Origin: Spirochaetales bacterium
GTDB lineage: Bacteria > Spirochaetota > Spirochaetia > Treponematales > Treponemataceae
Assembly (NCBI GenBank): GCA_003252395.1
Contig: QKEL01000013.1
Span: 125,698-189,697, forward strand
DNA: 64,000 nt
Direction: 5' to 3'
Shown here: one piece after another, positions 27,392-36,464 of the stretch
Numbering within the stretch: the stretch's first letter is position 1
How the letters are laid out: every line of letters begins with the position of its first letter
Position numbers and translations under genes: made by a program
The notes under the pieces: generated by a model
What the model was told of the DNA's origin: nothing
Seen by the model: the letters and a program-made list of their open reading frames with translations, nothing else
The model's database searches: none

Positions 27392-28647
27392 GCGTCCGTA
27401 TCCTTTTTCCCGAAGGCGCTGATGACGGGAACGAGGAACGAGGCGACGAAGCCCCCCGCGAACCCGTTATTATAGAGGTTCACCCCCCCGTGGAGCACGC
27501 CGACGTTGTGCACGATCGATAAATGGAAAAAGCCGGCGAGTATGCCCGCGACGGGCCCGAAACTGCCGGCGATGGGCGCCAGCGTCGTGCCGAACAGGGC
27601 GGCGAGGATCACCGGCGTGGTTCCCGTTTCCCAAATCTTGAATAGCGAGGCGATATACACGCCGACCAATACCGGGACCGCGTTGCGCGGATGCTTCCCG
27701 AAGGCCGCGAACCCCGTAACGGTGAGAATGGCGCCCACGACCGGCCCGTTGAAGGTTCCCCCCAGGAGGATTACGTACGCGCTCGCGATAAGGCCCATAA
27801 CGCCCATATTCACCAAGGCGGCGGGTACGCTGCCGATGGCCGTAAAATCGGAAACGAGGCGGCCGGTGGAGGCGTATATTTTCCTGCTGTCGCGAATCAG
27901 CGCCCCCCAGTCCCTTCGGCCCGCGAACAGGCCCGACGCCACGGCGAGTGCCAGGCAGGCCAGGATAAAGAGCCGCATGAACGCGTCATCTCCCGTCTCG
28001 ATGAGGGGCGGGGCCGCGAAGTCGTACCCGAACCCCCGGAGAAGGGCGATTAAAAAAGAGCCCACGATTCCGCCGGTAAAGCCGACGTTGTAGATATTGT
28101 AGCCGTCGTGGAAACGGAGCATGTGCGAGGCGAGGGGAGGAAGCACGAAACCGGCGACGACCCCGAAGCCAAGGCCCGCGGCGAGGGCAGGGAGCGGAGC
28201 AAGCCAGCCCCCGAAGGCCAAGGCGCTGACGAGGGGCGAAAGGGTAGTGCCGAACAGCGCGATCAGGGCGTACTTCTTAAAGGGAGCCCCGTTCACCCGC
28301 GCGAACAGCCAAACCCCGAAGGCCACGGGCCACACGTTCAGGAGGTTTTTGCCGAAAAAGGCAAAGCCGATTACCGTCAGGAGCGCCGCGATAAAGGGCC
28401 CGCTCAAGTCGATCCGAAGGAAGGCGAGCAGGGCTACCGACAAAAGGCCGAGGCCTCCCGCGTTCAAAAAGGCGGCGGGCATTCCCCCGACGGCCACGTA
28501 ATCGTGGAGCAACACGCTGGGGCACAGGAGAATCCTGGCCATCCCCGCGAGGATTCCGCGTCCCGCGCCCATCGCGATACCCATACCCGCGAGGGTCAGG
28601 GGAAAGAGCGCGGCAAGAAGATACTGTCTGCGGCGTGACTCGTTCAC
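27388..28647 (-). CDS. DUF1576-family polytopic membrane protein
   Basis: Two homologous halves (GFAFFGKNLLNVWPV / GFAAFGKHPRNAVPV; ALFGTTLSP / ALFGTTLAP; NIYNVGFTGG / NLYNNGFAGG). Confidence 0.8.
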   Translation of the reverse strand: MNESRRRQYLLAALFPLTLAGMGIAMGAGRGILAGMARILLCPSVLLHDYVAVGGMPAAFLNAGGLGLLSVALLAFLRIDLSGPFIAALLTVIGFAFFGKNLLNVWPVAFGVWLFARVNGAPFKKYALIALFGTTLSPLVSALAFGGWLAPLPALAAGLGFGVVAGFVLPPLASHMLRFHDGYNIYNVGFTGGIVGSFLIALLRGFGYDFAAPPLIETGDDAFMRLFILACLALAVASGLFAGRRDWGALIRDSRKIYASTGRLVSDFTAIGSVPAALVNMGVMGLIASAYVILLGGTFNGPVVGAILTVTGFAAFGKHPRNAVPVLVGVYIASLFKIWETGTTPVILAALFGTTLAPIAGSFGPVAGILAGFFHLSIVHNVGVLHGGVNLYNNGFAGGFVASFLVPVISAFGKKDTDA

Positions 28648-28700
28648 TGGTTTGGTACCCCCTCCCTAAAGTATCTTTCGTTCCCCGCTTCCCCGTCAAT

Positions 28701-28730
28701 AAAAAAAAAGGACCGGTCATCGCCGGTCCT
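28701..28730 (-). terminator. Rho-independent terminator of the S1 gene
   Basis: AGGACCGG-N6-CCGGTCCT stem with an A9 run on the + strand (U-tract on the - strand). Confidence 0.8.
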
Positions 28731-28752
28731 CGTTCAGTCGCCCGGGGGCGGC

Positions 28753-29913
28753 TCATTTTTTCTTTAATAGCGACGCGAAGGGATTGTAGGTTTCGCCGTC
28801 GTCCTTGCCGTTCATGTAGGACTGGGCCGCCTTGTCCTGCTCGAAGGAAGAAACCGTGCGCAAGGATATCTTGCGGTTCTTGACGTCCACGTCCTTGATC
28901 ACGACGGAGATCTTTTGGCCCGGTTTCACCTCGTTCTTGGCCTCGCCGTGCTGCACCCCGCCGGAAATCTCGGAAACGTGGAGCAAGCCGTCAATGCCCG
29001 ATTCCAGGGTGACGAAGGCGCCGAAGGCGGCCACGCGGGAAACGGTCCCCTCGTGCTTGGTGCCCTTGGCGTATTTTTCGGCGACCGATTCCCAGGGGTC
29101 GGCGAGCAGCGACTTAAGGCTTAACGTAATGCGGTCGTTTTGCCAGTCAAGGCGGATAATCTGCACTTCCACTTCCTGTCCCACGGCAAGGACGTCGCCC
29201 ACTTCGTTAATCCGCTCGCGGGCGATTTCGGAGATGGGAAGGAGGCCCTGAAGGCCGTTGATTTCCACGAAGGCGCCGAATTTCTGCAGGGATTTTACGG
29301 TTCCCTTGACGATCATGCCCTCTTCCAGGGTCGCCTTTTGCGCCTCGCGCTGTTTGGCCCTTTCTTCCTCTACGATGGCCCGGTTCGAAACGAGTATGGA
29401 GCGGCCGCCCTGCTTATACTCCAGGATTTTGAAGGTCAGTCTCTTGCCCACGGGAGACTCGCTCTGATCGCCCCTCTTTTCGCCCATCTGGGAGAAGGGG
29501 CAAAAGGCGCGCGCGCCGCCGATCTTTACCTCGAAGCCGCCCTTTATTTCCTTTTCCACCGCGCCTTCCACGGGAATGCCGTTGGCGAAGGCGTTTTCGA
29601 GCATTTCGTTTTTGGCGCTGTCGCCGGCGATCTTGGTGGTGAAGCGGGGCACTCCGCCCTTGGAATCGAGATAGTAAGCGGTTATTTCATCGCCTTCTTC
29701 CACGGTGAGAAGGCCCTTATCGTCGGTAAGTTCGGCGCGATCCAGAACGCCCTCGCTTTTTCCGCTCAATTCGAGAAAAACGGTGTCGCCGGAAATGGAC
29801 ACGATAACGGTTTTCACCGGCTGGCCGGGTTTGAGCTTATCCATGGAAGCAAGGCTGTTTTCGAACATTTCGGCGAAGCTATTCGCCTCTTGGTTGGTTT
29901 CATTGGTTTTCAA
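28753..29913 (-). CDS. S1 RNA-binding protein with four S1 domains (short RpsA-like)
   Basis: Four S1 repeats (e.g. FGAFVEINGLQGLLPISEI and FGAFVTLESGIDGLLHVSEI); TTG start after GGGGAG. Confidence 0.85.
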   Translation of the reverse strand: MKTNETNQEANSFAEMFENSLASMDKLKPGQPVKTVIVSISGDTVFLELSGKSEGVLDRAELTDDKGLLTVEEGDEITAYYLDSKGGVPRFTTKIAGDSAKNEMLENAFANGIPVEGAVEKEIKGGFEVKIGGARAFCPFSQMGEKRGDQSESPVGKRLTFKILEYKQGGRSILVSNRAIVEEERAKQREAQKATLEEGMIVKGTVKSLQKFGAFVEINGLQGLLPISEIARERINEVGDVLAVGQEVEVQIIRLDWQNDRITLSLKSLLADPWESVAEKYAKGTKHEGTVSRVAAFGAFVTLESGIDGLLHVSEISGGVQHGEAKNEVKPGQKISVVIKDVDVKNRKISLRTVSSFEQDKAAQSYMNGKDDGETYNPFASLLKKK

Positions 29914-30111
29914 GGTACACTCCCCACCGATATCTCATCGGTCAGGGCACTATATCAGAAAAGGGCGAAAGGGAACAGGGCATCGACCCCGTATTCCGGG
30001 CTGTTTTTCGCATGTTTCTACTGACAGAGACCGCCCGTTTGGGTATACTCCCTACGGGGCTCGCGAACGCGGGCCCGAGATAAAAACCATCGTAAACATC
30101 TGGAGAATACC

Positions 30112-30921
30112 ATGAAAAGAGCGCTCTTTATCGCCTGCTCCATCGTCGCTGCCGCGTCGGCTTTCGCCCTGGGAGGCAAAGACGCCTCCGGCGCCGACAA
30201 ATCCCTGCAGAAGGTGAAGGATTCCGGAAAATTCGTCCTCGGCTTGGACGATGCCTTTCCGCCCATGGGCTTTCGCGACGAAAACAACGAGATCGTCGGC
30301 TACGACGTAGACCTCGCCAAGGAAGTGACCGCGCGCATGGGCGTTGCCCTCGTCCTTCAGCCCATCGACTGGAACGCCAAGGAACAGGAACTCAATACCG
30401 GCAAGATCGACTGCATATGGAATGGCTTTACCATTACCGAGGAGCGCACTAAGGCCATGGCCTTCACGAAGCCCTACCTGAAAAACGCCCAGGTGCTCGT
30501 GGTTAAAGCCGATTCGCCCGTGAAGGGCCTCGCCGACCTGAAAGGCAAGACCGTCGGGCTCCAGGCCGGTTCATCCGCAGCCGACGCCCTCGAGTCCGCG
30601 ACCGATTTCAAGGCCTCACTCAAGGGTTCCGTGGAATTCAAGGATAACCTGACCGCCCTCATGGACCTCGAGGCAAAGGGCGTCGACGCCGTGGTAATGG
30701 ACCTCATGGTCGCCAACGACAACATTAACCGCTCGGGCAAGGCCTACCGCATCCTGTCGGAATCCCTTTCCCCCGAGGATTACGGCGTAGGGTTCCGCAA
30801 AAACGACCTTGCGCTCATGGGCGAGGTGCAAAAGCAGCTCGAGGCCATGGCCGCCGACGGTACCCTCGCGAAGATCACGGTCAAGTGGTTTGGCGCGGAC
30901 ATTTCCACCGTCGGCAAATAA
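30112..30921 (+). CDS. Polar amino-acid ABC transporter substrate-binding protein
   Basis: LGLDDAFPPMGF, GYDVDLAKEV, IDW, LNTGKIDCIWNG and EDYGVGFRK. Confidence 0.9.
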   Translation: MKRALFIACSIVAAASAFALGGKDASGADKSLQKVKDSGKFVLGLDDAFPPMGFRDENNEIVGYDVDLAKEVTARMGVALVLQPIDWNAKEQELNTGKIDCIWNGFTITEERTKAMAFTKPYLKNAQVLVVKADSPVKGLADLKGKTVGLQAGSSAADALESATDFKASLKGSVEFKDNLTALMDLEAKGVDAVVMDLMVANDNINRSGKAYRILSESLSPEDYGVGFRKNDLALMGEVQKQLEAMAADGTLAKITVKWFGADISTVGK

Positions 30922-30966
30922 GCCGTTCCCGTACCGTACCACAATTCACTACCCACAGGAGGCGAT

Positions 30967-31602
30967 ATGCTGAAGATGCTCGAGGCGATGGCTCAGGGAA
31001 CCGTCGTTTCCCTGGAGGTTTTTTTTCTCACCTTGCTCATCTCCGTACCGCTCGCCCTGCCGGTGGCCCTGGGGCGCATGTCCAAAAACCGCCTCCTGGC
31101 CGCGTCGGTTAACCTGTACCTTTTGGTGATGCGGGGCACGCCCCTGATACTGCAGCTGATCTTCGTATACTTTGCCCCGTATTACCTCTTCGGCCTTTCG
31201 AGCGGCCGCTTTGCGGCGGTCATCATCGCCTTCTCGGTCAATTACGCCGCCTACTTCGCCGAAATATACCGCGGCGGGATCGAGTCGATACCCAAGGGGC
31301 AATACGAGGCCGCCAAGGTGCTCGGGTTTACCCGGAGCCAAACCTTCTTCCGGATTATCCTGCCCCAGGTGGTCAAACGGATCATTCCCTCAATGGGGAA
31401 CGAGGTCATTACCCTGGTAAAGGACACCGCCCTCGCGCAAACCATCGGCGTGGCGGAGCTCTTCCGCGCGGCCCAGAACGCCTCGGCGCGGCAATTCTCG
31501 ACCCTGCCCATCTTCGTGGCGGGCGTATTTTACTTCGTGATGAACTGGGTCGTCTCCGCGGCCTTCGCGCGGGCCGAAAAGCGCCTGTCGTACTACCGAT
31601 AA
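30967..31602 (+). CDS. Polar amino-acid ABC transporter permease
   Basis: RGTPLILQL, YAAYFAEIYRGGIESIPKGQYEAA and LVKDTAL. Confidence 0.92.
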   Translation: MLKMLEAMAQGTVVSLEVFFLTLLISVPLALPVALGRMSKNRLLAASVNLYLLVMRGTPLILQLIFVYFAPYYLFGLSSGRFAAVIIAFSVNYAAYFAEIYRGGIESIPKGQYEAAKVLGFTRSQTFFRIILPQVVKRIIPSMGNEVITLVKDTALAQTIGVAELFRAAQNASARQFSTLPIFVAGVFYFVMNWVVSAAFARAEKRLSYYR

Positions 31603-31613
31603 GGAGCGTTTCC

Positions 31614-32360
31614 GTGGAAGTCCTCAAAGTCGCCCATTTATCCAAAGCCTTCGGTTCCCTCGAGGTTATCCGGGATATTTCCCTTTCCGTCTCGCAAGGC
31701 GAGGTTCTCGCCGTGATCGGTCCCTCGGGTTCCGGAAAGTCAACCCTGCTTCGCTCCATTACCCATTTGGAGACGGTCTCCGGCGGATCCATTACCGTCG
31801 GCGGGACCGACGTGGTCCGGGACGGCCTCTACGCTCCTCCCGCCGAGCTTCGCAAGGCCTGCCTGCGCATGGGGCTCGTGTTCCAGAACTTCAACCTCTT
31901 TCCCCATCTTTCCGTCCTGCAAAACGTTACCGAGGCCCAGCTCCTGGTGCTGAAAAGGGGCAAGGCGGAAGCAGAGGCGCGCGCGCGGGAACTTCTGGCG
32001 AAGATGGGGCTTTCGGATAAGGAGCGCTCCTATCCCTGCGAATTGTCGGGCGGTCAGCAGCAACGGGTTTCCATCGCCCGCGCGCTCGCCCTGGACCCGG
32101 AGATTCTCTTTTTCGACGAGCCGACGAGCGCATTGGACCCGGAGCTAACGGGGGAAATCCTCAAGGTGATCCGCGCCCTGGCGGCCGAGAAAATGACCAT
32201 GGTCATCGTAACCCACGAAATATTATTCGCCCGCGACGTGGCGGACCGGGTTGTATTCATGGACGGCGGCGTAATCGTCGAGGAGGGCCTCCCCGCCGAC
32301 GTGATCGGCGCGCCCAAGAACGAAAGAACCAAGGCCTTCCTTTCCCGGATAACGAATTAA
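31614..32360 (+). CDS. Polar amino-acid ABC transporter ATPase (GlnQ-like)
   Basis: GPSGSGKST, LSGGQQQRV, FDEPTSALDPEL and VTHE. Confidence 0.92.
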   Translation: MEVLKVAHLSKAFGSLEVIRDISLSVSQGEVLAVIGPSGSGKSTLLRSITHLETVSGGSITVGGTDVVRDGLYAPPAELRKACLRMGLVFQNFNLFPHLSVLQNVTEAQLLVLKRGKAEAEARARELLAKMGLSDKERSYPCELSGGQQQRVSIARALALDPEILFFDEPTSALDPELTGEILKVIRALAAEKMTMVIVTHEILFARDVADRVVFMDGGVIVEEGLPADVIGAPKNERTKAFLSRITN

Positions 32361-32497
32361 CCGGTTTTCTCATTTTTAATAATTGACAGCGAAAACAAAT
32401 AGTGATACTCATGGATAAGGCCCGTTTTCGATAGCCATGCGATCGATCGACGGGCCCGAACGGACCAGGGAAGACGACGATCCAGGGGAGTACCCGC

Positions 32498-33481
32498 ATG
32501 TCAATCATTGAAGTAAACGGCCTTTGCAGGGATTTTTCGTATTATGAAAAACGCGAGGGCTTGCACGCCTCGTTTCATAATTTGTTCAACCGTAAAAAAC
32601 TCGTCAAACGCGCGGTAAAGGACGTGAGCTTTTCCATAGAGGAAGGCGCTACCGTCGGCTTCCTCGGGCCTAATGGCGCGGGCAAGACCACGACGTTAAA
32701 AATGCTTTCGGGCATCATGCACCCCAGCGCGGGCGAGGCCCGGGTTATCGGCCACGTTCCCTGGCAGCGGAAGAAGGACTTCCGCATGCAAATCTCCATC
32801 GTGATGGGGCAGCGGAGCCAGCTCTGGCCGGATTTGCCCGCCCTGGAATCCTTTGACCTTAACCGCGAAATTTACGAGATAGACCGGCGTGCCTACCGGG
32901 AAACCCTGGACGAACTGGTGAGCCTTTTCGGGGTGGAAGAACAGTTGCCCGTGCAGGTGCGCAGGCTTTCCCTGGGCGAGCGAATGAAAATGGAAATCGT
33001 CGCCGCGCTCCTGCACCGCCCGAGGGTGCTCTTTTTGGACGAGCCCACCATCGGGCTGGACATTATATCCCAGCGTTCCATACGGGAGCTTTTGAAGGGC
33101 CTTCGGGAGCGATTCGGCACTACCGTCATGCTCACGAGCCACTATCTTTCGGATATCGAGGACCTGTGCGAGCGCATTATCCTCATCAACCACGGGTCCA
33201 TCGTGTACGACGGGCCGCTCGCCCGGGTAAACGACGCCCTGTCGGACCGGAAAACCGTCAGCCTCGTCCTGTCCGAGGATATCGAACCGGCCGCGCTTTC
33301 CGGCTACCCCGGCTTTCAATCCCTCGAGGGCCTCACGGCCCGCTTCGAGGTGGACCGCGCGGCGGTTCGCTCTTTTTCACGCCGCGTTCTCGAGGAGCTC
33401 CCCGTCGCCGACCTGACGATCGCCGACATGCCGATCGAGGAGGGCATCGCCCGGCTCTATACGGCGGGAGGCGAACGGTGA
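32498..33481 (+). CDS. ABC-2 type (DrrA-like) ATPase
   Basis: GPNGAGKTT, LSLGERMK and LDEPTIGLD. Confidence 0.9.
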   Translation: MSIIEVNGLCRDFSYYEKREGLHASFHNLFNRKKLVKRAVKDVSFSIEEGATVGFLGPNGAGKTTTLKMLSGIMHPSAGEARVIGHVPWQRKKDFRMQISIVMGQRSQLWPDLPALESFDLNREIYEIDRRAYRETLDELVSLFGVEEQLPVQVRRLSLGERMKMEIVAALLHRPRVLFLDEPTIGLDIISQRSIRELLKGLRERFGTTVMLTSHYLSDIEDLCERIILINHGSIVYDGPLARVNDALSDRKTVSLVLSEDIEPAALSGYPGFQSLEGLTARFEVDRAAVRSFSRRVLEELPVADLTIADMPIEEGIARLYTAGGER

Positions 33482-34290
33482 CCGCCCTGGCGAGAAAGTA
33501 CGGTAAAAGCTTTTCCATCGCCCTGAAGGCGGGGTTGGAATATCGGGTGAATTTCTATTTTTCCGTCGCGGCGGCGGCCGCCCCGGTGATCATCCAAACC
33601 GCCCTCTGGGTCGCCCTTTACGGCGGCGATCCGGGCGCGACCCTTTTCGGCTTTACCTTCGCGCAGATGGTGGCCTACACGGTCATCGCCCAGCTGGTAT
33701 CCCGCCTGGTCCGCACCGGGTTCGAGTACGATATCAACGGCGATATCCGCGCGGGCACGCTGGACCGCTATCTCGTGAAGCCGGTAAGCTATTTTTCCTT
33801 CAGGCTGTTCGCGTTCTTGGGCGATAAAACGGTGCACTCCCTGGTCACCGGCGCCCTTTTAGCCGCGGCCGTCGCGGCGCTTACCCTGTTTTTGGGCTTC
33901 CGCCTGACCCCGGGCGGGGCCGTCCTCTTCCTCGCCGCCCTCGCCCTGGCCTTTACCCTCAATTTCCTCGTATTCTGGTGCGTCGCCCTCGCCGGTTTTT
34001 GGCTTACGGAGATCGGCTTCCTCTTTGAGGCCGTCAGAATCGTGATTATCGCGTTAAGCGGCGGCATTTTCCCGCTCGCCGTCTTTGGCCCGACCGGGGA
34101 GGCCGTGCTCGGCGCCCTGCCGTTCCGCTTCACCATTCAATACCCCGTGGAATTGCTATTGGGCAGGATACGCCCCGCGGAGGCCCTCCCGGGATTCCTG
34201 GTCGCCCTCCTGTGGATCGCCTCCCTTTTCGGCCTTTCCCGCCTGTTATGGTCGCGGGGCATTCGCCGTTTCGCCGCGGTGGGGAGTTGA
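33478..34290 (+). CDS. ABC-2 family permease (DUF990-like)
   Basis: GTG start overlapping the ATPase stop; DIRAGTLDRYLVKP and LSGGIFPL. Confidence 0.8.
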   Translation: MTALARKYGKSFSIALKAGLEYRVNFYFSVAAAAAPVIIQTALWVALYGGDPGATLFGFTFAQMVAYTVIAQLVSRLVRTGFEYDINGDIRAGTLDRYLVKPVSYFSFRLFAFLGDKTVHSLVTGALLAAAVAALTLFLGFRLTPGGAVLFLAALALAFTLNFLVFWCVALAGFWLTEIGFLFEAVRIVIIALSGGIFPLAVFGPTGEAVLGALPFRFTIQYPVELLLGRIRPAEALPGFLVALLWIASLFGLSRLLWSRGIRRFAAVGS

Positions 34291-34292
34291 GC

Positions 34293-35096
34293 ATGATGAA
34301 AGAAATACTCAAGCACCTTCGAATCTGGGGTCGTCTCGTCCGTATCAACCTGATGAGCCAAATGGAATACCGGGCGAATTTCGTGACCGGGCTTCTCATG
34401 GAAGGGGGCTACCTCTTCGCGAAAATCATGTACGTGATCGTCGCCTATTCCGCGGGGAAAAGCATCGCCGGCTACGGGCCCGACGAGATACTCGTGTTCG
34501 TGGGGACCTTCGTCACCCTTACCGGCTTTTACGCGGGAATCTTCATGATGAACCTGTTTCAGCTTTCGGGCCTCGTGCGGGACGGCTCCTTCGATACGCT
34601 TTTGACGAAACCGCTGTCGGTGCAATTCCTCGCCACCTTCCGCCGTTCCGACATCGCCCTCTTTTCGCTGGACGCGCTCGCGGGCCTCGTCATGATCGCC
34701 GTCGGCTGCGTTCGCGGCGGCATCGCGCTCGATCCCCTGCGCATCGCGGGTTGGGCCTTCTTCGCCGCCTCCGGCATGGGCGTGGCGTACGCGCTGTGGC
34801 TCATTCCGATGACCCTGGTGTTCCGGATCGTGAAGGCCGACTCCATAATGGGCCTGGCCGACGCCTTCTGGGATTTCAACAACGTGCCGATGGTGGTGTA
34901 CAAGCGGTTTGGCCAGGCGGTCGGTACCTTCCTCATTCCCATTTTCGTGATAACGAACTTTCCGGCCCTATTCGTCCTGGGTCGGCTTCCCCCGTTGTGG
35001 GCGCTGTGGGGCGTCGTCGCGCCGGTGGCGTTCGGCCTTATCGCCTCCGCGTGCTGGAATTCCTCGATACGCCACTACGCGAGCGGCGGTAACTGA
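34293..35096 (+). CDS. ABC-2 family permease (DUF990-like)
   Basis: Start MMKEILK; MEYRANF, DGSFDTLLTKP and RHYASGGN. Confidence 0.8.
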   Translation: MMKEILKHLRIWGRLVRINLMSQMEYRANFVTGLLMEGGYLFAKIMYVIVAYSAGKSIAGYGPDEILVFVGTFVTLTGFYAGIFMMNLFQLSGLVRDGSFDTLLTKPLSVQFLATFRRSDIALFSLDALAGLVMIAVGCVRGGIALDPLRIAGWAFFAASGMGVAYALWLIPMTLVFRIVKADSIMGLADAFWDFNNVPMVVYKRFGQAVGTFLIPIFVITNFPALFVLGRLPPLWALWGVVAPVAFGLIASACWNSSIRHYASGGN

Positions 35097-35171
35097 TCCC
35101 GCGCTGGCGTCGACGGGGCGAATCGGGTATACTGGACCCGCCGCCGTTCGGCGACCGCGAGGAGATTCAAT

Positions 35172-35474
35172 ATGCTGAAGCACATCGTAATGTGGAAATT
35201 CAAGGACGAGGCCGAGGGCAAAACCCGCTCCGAAAACTGTCTCTATATCAAGGGCCTGCTCGAGGCCCTGCCGGCGAAAATCGCCTTCATCCGCGGCCTT
35301 GAGGTGGGAATAAACGCCTTTGCCGGGCCCATGTCCTACGATATGGTCCTCGTCACCGCGTTCGATTCCAAGGCCGATCTCGATCTCTACGCCGGTCACC
35401 CGGATCACGTTAAGGTGAGCGAGTACGTCGCCAAGGTGCGGGAGTCCCGGGCCGTCGTCGACTACGAAGCGTAG
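35172..35474 (+). CDS. Dabb (stress-responsive A/B barrel) protein
   Basis: MLKHIVMWKFK, YAGHPDHVKV and RAVVDYE. Confidence 0.88.
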   Translation: MLKHIVMWKFKDEAEGKTRSENCLYIKGLLEALPAKIAFIRGLEVGINAFAGPMSYDMVLVTAFDSKADLDLYAGHPDHVKVSEYVAKVRESRAVVDYEA

Positions 35475-35483
35475 GGTCGGCGA

Positions 35484-36110
35484 ATGGCGGAAAAGCACAT
35501 AAATTGGTTTGCCCTCGAAAAGGCCTGCGCGAAGCCCGGCTGCCCGGTCTGCACCATCGTGCGGGATCGATCGGCGCGCTACATAGACAACATGCTCTTT
35601 GAGCACGTATCGGACCGGGGTTTCCGGGAACGGTACCGCAACGCCCTCGGCTTTTGTCCCGACCATGCCCGAAGCCTGGAGTCGTATCGCGACGGGCTGG
35701 CGGTGGCGATTCTCGGCGAGGATATACTTGCCCACGTGTTGCCCGACCTGAAAAGGGGAAAGGCCACGAAGGTCCGCGACGAATGCCCCGCCTGCGCGGA
35801 AACCGCGCGGGTTGAGCGGGAATTTCTCGGCTTTCTCGCGGAATCGGAAGACCAGGCCCTCAAGGATTTTTTTACCGCTTCCGAAGGCTTATGCGTGCCG
35901 CACTACCGCGCCTTGGTCACGTCCGTCAAAAAGGTTCCCCTCTGGCTCCGGGATTTTCACGAACGGCGTTTTGAGGAATTGCTCCGGCGAACCCGTAATT
36001 TTATCGAGTTTTCCGCCTGGGGCCGCCAAGACGATTTTGCCGCCCTGTCCCCGGAGGATAAGGTCGTATGGAAGGAAATAGCGAGAAGTCTCCGGGGAGC
36101 GGCGGATTAA
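35484..36110 (+). CDS. DUF6062-like protein with duplicated Cys/His metal-binding motif
   Basis: CPVC...GFCPDH and CPAC...GLCVPH. Confidence 0.7.
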   Translation: MAEKHINWFALEKACAKPGCPVCTIVRDRSARYIDNMLFEHVSDRGFRERYRNALGFCPDHARSLESYRDGLAVAILGEDILAHVLPDLKRGKATKVRDECPACAETARVEREFLGFLAESEDQALKDFFTASEGLCVPHYRALVTSVKKVPLWLRDFHERRFEELLRRTRNFIEFSAWGRQDDFAALSPEDKVVWKEIARSLRGAAD

Positions 36111-36462
36111 GGCTCGCGGGACGGGCGCGCGGGGACGCCTTCGCTTGAGTCCTCGGTTCGACCGGCGGGGGCCGGCCTCCCTGCGGAACCGCTCAGGCGC
36201 GCCCCGCGCTCATGGCCCCGCAAGCGGCTGTAACCGCGCCGGAAGCGTTGAAGGGTAAGGGCGGCGGATTAAGGCTCGCGGGGCGGGCGCGCGGGAACGC
36301 CTTCGCTTGAGTCCTCGGTTCGACCGGCGGGGGCCGGCCTCCCTGCGGAATCGCTCAGGCGCGCCCCGCGCTCATGGCCCCGCAAGCGGCTGTAACCGCG
36401 CCGGAAGCGTTGAAGGGTAAGGGCGGCGGATTAAGGCTCGCGGGACGGGCGCGCGGGGACGC
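36099..36462. repeat. 162-bp tandem repeat (2 full copies plus a 40-bp partial) between convergent genes
   Basis: GCGGCGGATTAAGGCTCGCGGG starts at 36099, 36261 and 36423. Copies 1 and 2 differ at 3 positions. The unit folds into a long hairpin (36127-36209). Confidence 0.92.
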
Positions 36463-36464
36463 GA

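Noticed and set aside
36099-36462. Possible CRISPR array (40-bp repeats three times)
   Set aside because: The intervening 122-bp segments are near-identical to each other rather than unique spacers, they are too long, and no cas genes are present.
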